Part shown: piece after piece, positions 62,676 to 64,000 of the stretch
Layout: the number at the start of each line of letters is the position of its first letter
Position numbering within the stretch: position 1 is the stretch's first letter
DNA from: Octopus sinensis
Lineage: Eukaryota
Length of the DNA: 64,000 nt
Direction: 5' to 3'
Assembly: GCF_006345805.1 (NCBI RefSeq)
Contig: NC_043009.1
Span: 63,922,001-63,986,000, forward strand
Notes under the pieces: generated by a model
Told to the model about the DNA's origin: nothing
What the model saw: the letters and a program-made list of their open reading frames with translations, nothing else
Databases searched by the model: none
Translations under genes and position numbers: made by a program

Positions 62676-64000
62676 GAGAAAGACTGAAAAATCTCTTAAC
62701 AGTATACATTCATATCCATGCATGATACTAAATAAGAAGGAACAAACCAATCATAAAATATAGTATTTCATTATACTAAAATAGTATAGAAGTATATAAC
62801 GTACTTATTATATATCTGGATTGTAGGTACACTTTTTCTGTAAGTTATGTATATTCTTTCAGGTATATTATGTTGATTCTTGTTTTATAATTATTGTATT
62901 TTATCTAGAAGCTAATTCTGTTGTTGGTAACGTCCATAATTTAAACTTTGACATGGTTCCTTCATGAGTTATGGGGAAATTTAATGTTAATTTGTAATAT
63001 TAAACTTTACATAAAAACAAAATTGGTGGAGTAATTTTTTGAATTATCACCATCAATGTTTTTTCTATGTCCATTGTCAATGCTGGAATGTGTTGGACCA
63101 CATCATCATCATTGAATGATGATGATAATAATTGTCATCTCAAGCATTTGCAATAGTCTCTTTGTATTTTTATAATAATCTAAACTCTAAATAAAACTGG
63201 TTTACTCTGAAATTATTCTTTCTTTATGTTTTAATAACCAAATCTTGTTTGCACATTTTCTAAACTGATTTTCACTGATTGTTTGCTTTAAAGCTATTTA
63301 ATTCGTTGACACTATTTGTTAGAAGATCTCATCTGATGTTATGAGGAAGTGAATGAGATATAAATAACAGGATGATATTGTAGATGAAATGGTGATGATG
63401 GTGGCTTTGTTGTGGAGATGTGATATAGGAAGTTGGTTGACGAGAGCCAAGTGAGAGGTTGTCTAAAGACAAGATATTCCCCATTCTCAGATAATATTGG
63501 TTTCAAATTTTGGCAGAGGGCCAGCAACTTCAAGGGAGTTGGGGGTAAGTCAATTACATTGATGCCAGAGTTCAACTGGTACTCATTTTATTGCCATGAA
63601 ATGATGAAAGCAAAGTTGACTTCAGTGCAATTTGAACCCAGAACGTAAAGGCAGATGAAATGTTGCTGATCATTTTGCTTGGTGTGCTAATCATTCTGTT
63701 AGATCCCCCACCTTCAAATATCCTCAGATAATATTAAAATGTGATATTATCATCATTTTACATTTATTTAAAATATTGTAGTATAGAAACTTACATGTAT
63801 GATTGCTAATTGCATCAAGAACAAACAACATGATAATACAAAACCTCTCTATGAGTCATTGCAATATTCATAGTTTCTGTAGCTGGATGGCCTTCCTAAA
63901 GCCTACCACTTTACAGAATGGTCTTCTTTAGGAAGGGTGCTTTCTTCTTGTCAGTAGCACTGTTCAGGTGGCTGGATAACTTGAGACACAGAAAAAGAAC

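Overview
Eukaryotic, AT-rich DNA dense in repeats and microsatellites. The SINE/LINE families and the [10 protein letters not shown]-type zinc fingers suggest an octopus (coleoid cephalopod); this is inference. Three genes can be reconstructed by hand. (1) A complete 9-exon, 346-aa cathepsin O-like C1A protease on the minus strand (47017 to 24560), with intact Gln/Cys/His/Asn catalytic residues. (2) A complete RPS3 (uS3, 241 aa) on the plus strand (47318 to 54164, plus a non-coding last exon), head-to-head with the cathepsin gene and only 300 bp between start codons. (3) A single-ORF C2H2 zinc-finger gene (61494-62675; 12 canonical and 2 degenerate fingers). The rest is tRNA-derived SINEs, RTE/CR1/R4-type LINE fragments, mariner, Tc2-like and piggyBac-like MITEs, Helentron-like elements and simple repeats. 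Most ORFs in the supplied track are microsatellite artefacts. The most striking observation is several distinct families of small elements carrying minimal type I hammerhead ribozymes of the Penelope-like-element type. One family has a tRNA-derived Pol III head and inserts as inverted dimers, one of them with a 12-bp target-site duplication. In both host genes its sense-strand hammerhead is mutated while the antisense copy is intact. Repeat boundaries are by eye and approximate. Exon and ribozyme coordinates were counted base by base.
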